A stretch of 61,724 nt of DNA, filler included, from Choristocarpus tenellus KU-1152 (lineage: Eukaryota; Protista; Phaeophyceae), in assembly GCA_964200185.2 (NCBI GenBank). It is 11 parts of 11 records of this genome, joined end to end, with 100 filler letters (N's around TTAATTAATTAA, not from the genome) between each part and the next. Parts side by side here need not be neighbours in the genome. Positions count along the whole stretch, not along the records: positions 50,811 to 61,724 come from CAXNAD020002631.1; 10 more parts are not named here. One strand, given 5' to 3'. The notes under the pieces were generated by a model. The model was not told the DNA's origin. It ran no database searches and saw nothing but the letters and a program-made list of their open reading frames with translations. The position numbers and the translations under genes were made by a program. Shown piece after piece: positions 54,501 through 61,724 of this stretch. How positions within the stretch are numbered: the first letter of the stretch is position 1; every line of letters starts with the position of its first letter.

Positions 54501-54722
54501 ATAACGTTTCCTGAACACTGGGGAAAAAATCCTACCAACTACTTTCGCCGGTATTAAATCACACGCCAACATCAGAAGGTAAAATTAGATGGAAAAATTA
54601 ATCAAACCCTTCCACAACAGCCCAATCCAGCACCACACATGTATCTACATACAACAAGAGTAACCAGAGATCCTCCAAGACATCCTGGTGTGTCTCCTCA
54701 TAACCCAGGAAAGGTGTTGAGT

Positions 54723-55468
54723 CTAAGCTGCACTGAAATGAGAAGGAGCTTTATTTTCATCTTGAGAAGAGTATTTCTCGTACCCGCTGCCACACACCAC
54801 CCTCAAAACGACCACCAACACTGACAAAAGCTCCGTCAGCTGGAAGACAATCAGAGTCTTTCCGAGGTCTGATGGCGCCAATCTGTCCATCCTGCTGATC
54901 AACAGGTAGACCTCAAATATTTTTTGGACCGCATACAGTACAGCAGCAGAGACAAACAAACTGTTGTCCCTATGAACACTGGAGCCCATGCCGCAGGACG
55001 CGAACAAGCACACTAGAAGCGAACTTGCCGAGACTGTGCTAAGTGCAAGACGGAGAGTATCATCTCCTTCAAAGGGGCCCCAAACAGGTAAGAACAGAGC
55101 CCAAGGTATTAGAGAGATGACAGAGACCCCCACTCCGAGAAAGCCTATGCGAAGGATGTGTTTCGCAAGTTTCCCCCTCTCGCCTTTAGGGTGAGCCAAG
55201 ATGTGTATCGGATCTCTTGCAGCCAGCTGTGCTATTTTCGGCAGGCTAAGATCTTGTCCATGGCGTTTGACGATGAGCAACCCGAGCGCGAGAGCGAAGA
55301 CCTCTCCTGCCAATTCCAAGCTACCAGTTGTCAGGAAGTACGTCTCCTCGAATTGTGTGAATATGTCGCGTTGCGTCACAACGTAGTAGAACTCCACCAA
55401 TGTCTCCACCACCCCAGCCGTCCCCAACACTTGCACCAAGAGATCCATTAGAAAGGCAGCCCACAGTT
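54723..55468 (-). CDS. Unknown polytopic membrane protein, long terminal exon (~6 TM segments)
   Basis: Clean 241-aa ORF with several hydrophobic segments; acceptor tttacttgcag just upstream suggests further 5' exons. Confidence 0.75.
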
Positions 55469-57832
55469 CTGCAAGTAAAGAGTAGATTGGTCAGAAGGGG
55501 CGCTTGGTGACAGGCAACGGCCCATGAGACCACTCATGAATGAAATGATATTTCGACAAGACACCTCATCTCTTGATTGATTGCACAGAGGCTAGTCTAC
55601 TGGGATTCATTCAACTGTGATCAGAAGCCTGCATGTTTTCCACAAAAGCTTGCCCATCCGAAATACAACCCAAATACATTGTGTAGCCTAAGGTTCTCGT
55701 TCATAGCCTCAATCTACTGCCGTATGGTACAATATGGTGATAGTCCTAGAAGCGGATGACTTGCAAAACCGACATACTCTGTTTACCTTCATAGTTGACC
55801 CTGGACACAACCCCATCCCCACCTAACACGCCGATTCATGTGAAAAGAGATACAAAATACTAGGGCTAAACCTACCTCTATGTAGGGATTATTGAAGTTT
55901 GCAATGCTTGTGGCCTGTTGATTCAAATGTCTTCCTTCCACCTGCCACTGGTTGAAGAGGAAGTGAAGATGAAATAGAGGTGTTAATATCATCCAAGAAT
56001 AGAGACTTGTTTGTTTCTACCTGACCAAAATTTTCCTTGCACTAGGCCACGCATTTGTGTAAAGGTAAAATATGTAATATACCAGGTAACGACGTTGTCG
56101 CTGCGCTAAGACCCAAGTCCAAGCACGGTTGCTCACACTTCAATTTCGAATTTGACGTTCAGACCAAGATCTGAACTTAATCCTCGAAGTGGAAGCCTCT
56201 GTCACTAGTATGCACAATGCATATGTCTGGTAGTTACCTTCCCCAACGAGATTTCTCGCTGGACAACCGAACACCTGTAGTCTGACCGCCTATACTCAAT
56301 CCGACATCCGACCAGTCGATGATGAACCTCCCAAGAACCCGAGGGTCCTCTGTCCTAACATCTTAGAAAAAACAAAATCTTTATTCCATTTTTTACAAAC
56401 TCAAGCAAGCTCTGGGTGAGCCCTAGAGTCTAATGGAGTATAATATACAAACATGACACACCTTTTTGAACGGCTTGAAAAAGAACTCAGGTATCATCGC
56501 TCACTTTCTATGCCCTGTTCCTCCGATAATCTGATCTGTTTAACTTCCCTGTGCGTGAGGCCTGTTGAAGACAGTGTCTAATCCTACGAAAAGCTATGGC
56601 TTGGAATGTGGGTCAGAAGCTGACCACGATCCTCCCAACTCCAAGGGGTGATGGGGATGGCAAGTTCATAGACCTTCTGGTGAGTGGTACCACTCCCAAG
56701 AAATATACATGGGGTGACATCCCTAGTAAAAGATAAGCTCATGCAGTGGGTCTCAAAAAGGGACCTAGCATGATCTTCTTTGTTTCTAACAAGAGTGGAC
56801 ACAGCAAGTGAAATGCTGTCTTTACTTGAAGTTGGACAGTACTTTGTTGGATTCTGATCCCAATCCCAGTCTACTGTCAACATCCCCTTACATTTTTTGG
56901 AGGGGTGCTTGCAAGCCAAGCAGTATGATACGTCGGGGGAAATATGTCTCCGCAGTCTTTGATAGAGCATCCATGCAGAAAGCCAAATTCCCCTTGAAGA
57001 TGAATTCTTCCAAGGGATTGTTGTAAGCAGGATGGCACAAAATTCTGCCATAGGCACATCAAGCGGACTATTAAGCAAGCGTGAATCCTCTGTGAGCTAT
57101 AGGCAAAGCTGAGTACAAGGTCGATGCGCACGGTGCAATGTATTTGATGTGGGGGATAGGGAGTGGATCGTTCTTTATGGATGCGACTTAATATTTTGAT
57201 AATCTTAGAGTGGGAATGGGGGCTTGAAATTCCCAGGTGGTGAAGCAAACACAGCAGTGTGGAGATCTTCTTTCCCTAGGAACTACCAGTGATTTATCAG
57301 GTAGCCCTAGGGCTGCGACTGTAGTATGTTAAGGGCAGCAGCAGTGCACTTCAAGGTAATGGATGGTTGCTTCTGGAACACGCGAAAGAAAGCAGGATGG
57401 AGATGGAGGAGCTAATGTGGAATGGTAGATCATAAAATTGAAGGTTGGGTCTATCAAGCATTCATGGATGGGATCACGGTTTGGATATATTATGGTGGTC
57501 CCTGAACGGCTGATGCACCGTGAATGGGAATGTTTGCCTGCAATTGCAAAGTCTGTGTACAATATTATGGTGGTACAGTACGGTACCTGTATCAACTTTT
57601 AATGGCGGTATCGTAGTAAATTGCAAACACATTGTGAAGTGGTGCTTAGAATATTATTACTGGACCAAAAAAACAGTGGCACGAGCAAGAACCACCCCAT
57701 TCATTCCTTGAAAGTTTGGTGAATCACCGCCTACCCCAACAAACCAATACATTCATGCCTCCCACCTCCCACCTCCCATCGCCTTTCCCCCTTATCCCCT
57801 CTCCTTGTGATGCACCTCTATTGGTCAACCAG

Positions 57833-59804
57833 GGAACAAGCTTCTCGCAGAAGAAGCGCTTGGCGCCTGATTGGATGTCAGGGATCAACGTGTGCATGAT
57901 GGTACTGGTACCCCTGGTGGCTACTTCAGTTGCCAAGCCTGTCCTCCAAAACAAGAGATATGAGTTGGCTGTGAAAGACATCAAGGCAAAGGCTAAGGAA
58001 AGGGTTCAGGAGATGACCGTAATCGAGAAGAAGAGCAGCGCCAAGCGAATTTCCGGATCTTTCACCAAGCGAAGTTCTGACCCACCTGACAAGGTGAGGA
58101 TACACAGTGTAGTGATTTCACAACTCGGTTCTGCAATGTTTCTATTTTTTTATCCATGGTATTACACAGTACGATCTGTTGAATATATTGGATATTACAG
58201 TAGTAATGATTCAAAGTATCTTAGAGGGTAGAGCCGTATCCGTTTGTGGTTTAATATCCAAAGTTGTGATTTTGATGAAATTTTGACTATTCTGTTTGTT
58301 GGGAAGTGTCAATATCCTTGTTCCGTAAGCAACTTTTCATAATGTATACATTTTGCCTACTCCTAAATATTTCGGAGTAGGAAAATGCCATTAAAAAAAA
58401 ACTGTGGGAAGCCAAGCCCCAAACAGACAAACAGGGCAAAGTTCGTACCCTCTAAGATACTTTCACTCAATGGTAATTTTTGAAGACCATGGTACAGTAC
58501 AGTGCGGCAGGGTAGGGTGGTTCACCTTCAAAATTTTGTACACCTGTACCATAGCACCAATTCGGAAAAAGCAACTATGGTACCACGAACCATGTCCCAT
58601 GTACCGAGTACCTCTATTCAAAATGTGCAGTGTGGTATGGTAGTTCCACGATTTTTGATGGGTCTTTTACATTTGGACGGTGTGATGTGGTATGGTATGG
58701 ACTTTTCAATTTTTTGAGATTTTGATGGTATGGTATGGACAGTATGGTCAGTCCAGTGTTATCCACTGTACCCTCAAACGTCAAATGAAGCATATTAACC
58801 TCGTGCTTGACTCGTTGTTTGTCATGTCGTTACTCAAGATGTACCATAGATTGATAGATAGTACACGGCACATGGACTTTGAATAATTGAAACCAGATTT
58901 TCATGAAAACAAATCTGTTGTTGGTGAGAGACAAACCTGCGCTGTTCTTTCGTGGTACCCCCTCCTTGATAACTGAGAACTGAGTCACGATAATTCAAAA
59001 TAATATATATATAAAATAATATACATATTTAAAATAATATTATATTTGACGCGTTTTATTTGTTTCATCTTATGTGCAAGCAATATACATTCGGAGAGCT
59101 GGGTAGGCCCCAGGGGCACCTCCGGTGGCACATCTTAGCTTAAGAGTCTCACTGACAGGCGTTCCGGCTTGCCGCGTTTGACGACACCTCCGGAGGGACG
59201 TATGCAGTTACACCTGACGTATGCAGTTACACCTGACGTATGCAGTTGCACCTGAAGTATGCAGTTACACCTGACGTATGCAGTTACACCTGACGTATGC
59301 AGTTGCACCTGAAGTATGCAGTTACACCTGACGTATGCAGTTACACCTGATGTATGCAGTTGAGAGTGTTGCTGAGGAGGGTCCTCCGATCAGTTCAGTT
59401 ACACCGGTTGCGAAAGGGTCCTCTGATTCTCGTAAGAATATCCATACATTCCCTGTCTCTTTGAGCTCCCCCTCGAATGACTCTTGTCTGTCTAAGGTCC
59501 TCTTTACTGATTGTCATTGGCTGGGTCTTGTCTGTCTAAGGTCACTACATCCTACTGTTCCTTTAGATTCGAGCTTCGAGCTTTGAGCTGGATGCATTTT
59601 ATTTTTTATTTTTTTCTGTGTGTGGTTAGGGTTGGGGTCGGGGTTAGGGTCGGGGTTAGGGCTAGGGTTGGGCTTATCTGTACGCACCTTGCCCACGCAG
59701 CCAGCCGTGGGCGCTTTTCTTAAGGTTTGTCCTGGCCGCCAGCCTTGGTCGGTTTCTCTCAATTCAGTCCCTGTTTCATTCTCCGGTCCGATGTCCTTTT
59801 ACAT

Positions 59805-59856
<52 letters not shown>

Positions 59857-60803
59857 ATGGCTGTCGTCACCACCCGCATTAGATATCCAAGCCGTTGATA
59901 CAAAAACGCAAGATGTTCTTTGTTGTAGTGATACTACATTGATACGTGTGCTTTATGTTTGTTTTTTTTATACAGTACGGTGACAGGTGTGGACGGCTCA
60001 GTAGAGTATTTGTATAGCAGGTCCCGTTTTGGAACGGTCCGGTACCGTTCCTCTCAGATTTTCTGTTGCATTCGAGACCCTTTTTTTTTTTCACTGTATG
60101 GTATAGTAATGATTACCTTTTTTAGGACGTTGTCAGTAAAGGTGTAACTGTCAATTCCACGCTACCTTGCAACAGTGATTAATATTAAACTATTTGGACA
60201 TTACGATAGAGCAGCGATGCTACTACCGGGTTTTTTTTGTACTGTTTGGGTACCGTGGTCATCAGTCGGTACTTGCGACCTTGGCAGGCCTTGCCTTTTT
60301 TATCCTTGTCTCCCTTGTTAACTTGCACTGGCCTGGCCTGACCCATGGCATGAAGGTACTACACGTACTCTCACAATTCTCACATCTGAGTCATTTTTAC
60401 CTCCATGTAGCTGACCTAACTGTCAGTAGAGATACATCTGCATAACCCTAACCCTAAGTTGAACTTCTGAACCGCCTCGCATGGTGATGATCCTGAAGTG
60501 CCACCCATTCGTGCTAAAAAGAGTAAGACGTTTTACCTTTTTTTTCATCCCAGTTATATACGTAAGTATTCTGTATTTTCATTCGCCTTTTTTTTTTCTT
60601 GTGTGTGAGAATATATGGAGGCGTGAACGCCAAACCTTTTGTCTTCATTTGATACGGTACAATGCGCATACACACACATACACACACACACATATACACA
60701 TACACACATACACACACATACATACATACATATATACACACATACACACACACATACATACATACATACATACATACATACATACACACATACACACATA
60801 TAC

Positions 60804-60851
<48 letters not shown>

Positions 60852-60945
60852 GTTGAGTTTGTTTTTGACAATTTCATGCAACTTGGTCAGGTGAAGTTGC
60901 TGATATGGAAGGCGATGGAGGTGGAAGAGGAGCAAAGGAGAGATG
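57833..60945 (+). CDS. Unknown membrane protein, putative exons 57833-58093, 60266-60355, 60891-60945
   Basis: Open segments bounded by cag| and |gt (last one |gcaagt), with hydrophobic stretches; no family recognised. Confidence 0.45.
58208..58468 (+). mobile_element. MITE family A, TSD AAT
   Basis: Both TIRs and consensus body present. Confidence 0.93.
59198..59362 (+). repeat. 19-bp minisatellite (ACGTATGCAGTTACACCTG), about 8.7 copies
   Basis: Read directly; head-to-tail, no spacers. Confidence 0.95.
60668..60846 (+). repeat. Compound (CA)n/(TACA)n microsatellite
   Basis: Read directly from the sequence. Confidence 0.95.
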
Positions 60946-61284
60946 GCAAGTGTTCTGACCCCACCCTAACCCTAGCCCTAACCCTAGCTGCGTACCTGCT
61001 CCTTTGTGTTGGGTTTTTTTCCACGTAGCCGCCACGTGGTCTGGTGGCGAGGTATGGGTGGCTCTGTGGCGATGTAGGTCACAGTGGTGGTAGATGGTGT
61101 CATTGTGCGTGAGTCTTGTCTTGGGCCTTAAAGATCGGGTTTGGATAGAGCGCCTTCCAAAAGGACGATTGTATTGGAGGGTTTGGTCTACTGGGAGCTT
61201 TGCAGTGCGATTCAGGATTGTAGATGATGCTGACTCAATTTGGGGGGTTAGGATTAGGGAGTGGTCGAGACAAATGGTCCTGTT

Positions 61285-61310
61285 TGGGTTAGGGTTAGGG
61301 TTAGGGTTAG
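61285..61310 (+). repeat. Interstitial telomere-like (TTAGGG)n tract
   Basis: GGGTTAGGGTTAGGGTTAGGGTTAG. Confidence 0.85.
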
Positions 61311-61660
61311 ATATTCGGTGTCAACCTTGCTGGGACTGCTGGCAGGTATTGCAAACTAATCTGACTTGGTTGCAGTATGCTTTGTTGGAGAACATTTTAT
61401 TTTCTTCTCTATGTGTGTGTGTGGATGTATGTATGCATGTGTGCCCATTAATATGCCCTTAGAGCTCTATATCTCCGCCTGTCTCTGCATGTGGACAGAA
61501 AAATCAAAGAGCATCCTTTAAAAAAAAGAACTTATGTTCAGCATTATCCTGGGAGTGATATAGAGTGATAAAGTCCGCATACTCGAAGGGAATAATTTTC
61601 TCAGAAAATTATATAAAGTGTCTTTGAACTAGAGATACAACACGAGGCTTCTCAGGTTCG

Positions 61661-61686
61661 GACTCAAAGTATCTGGGGGGGGGGGG
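61661..61686 (+). mobile_element. Isolated MITE family B terminus
   Basis: GACTCAAAGTATCTGGGGGG. Confidence 0.7.
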
Positions 61687-61724
61687 CACTGTGAGAGTAC
61701 AAAGATGTATGTGATGGTGGTGTG

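Noticed and set aside
59198-59362. Possible CRISPR array
   Set aside because: Repeats are contiguous with no unique spacers; eukaryotic context; no cas genes
60481-61028. His/Thr- and Cys/Val-rich ORFs (also at ~12455, ~39263 and 9411)
   Set aside because: Translations of microsatellites

Overview
This window is not one locus. It is 11 short contigs joined by artificial 100-nt spacers (N44-TTAATTAATTAA-N44). The DNA is intron-rich and eukaryotic, most likely a photosynthetic stramenopile or brown alga (inferred from a signal peptide + SAF plastid-targeting motif on CysRS and from TTAGGG repeats). Host genes are a complete ALG14 and fragments of plastid CysRS, exportin-T, an HSPA12-like Hsp70, RPB1 and three unknown genes. 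The rest is mostly transposon: a decayed chromodomain Ty3/Gypsy, a decayed Ty1/Copia, one Stowaway-like MITE, and about 20 copies of four MITE families that share GAGNCAAAG-like termini and make mixed 3/4-bp target-site duplications (TSDs). The main candidate for a new system is on contig 8 (40047-42803). A spliced ParB/Srx-like gene (SIREKGW..P...LDGNHR, missed by the ORF track) lies back-to-back with exon 1 of an intron-rich Sola/DUF7869-type DDD transposase. Between them is a 3 x ~270-bp array carrying 35-bp palindromes. A second copy of the ParB-like gene is on contig 4. The remaining 8 exons of a matching transposase are on contig 10 and splice in phase with the contig-8 exon. All translations, alignments and family calls were made by eye.
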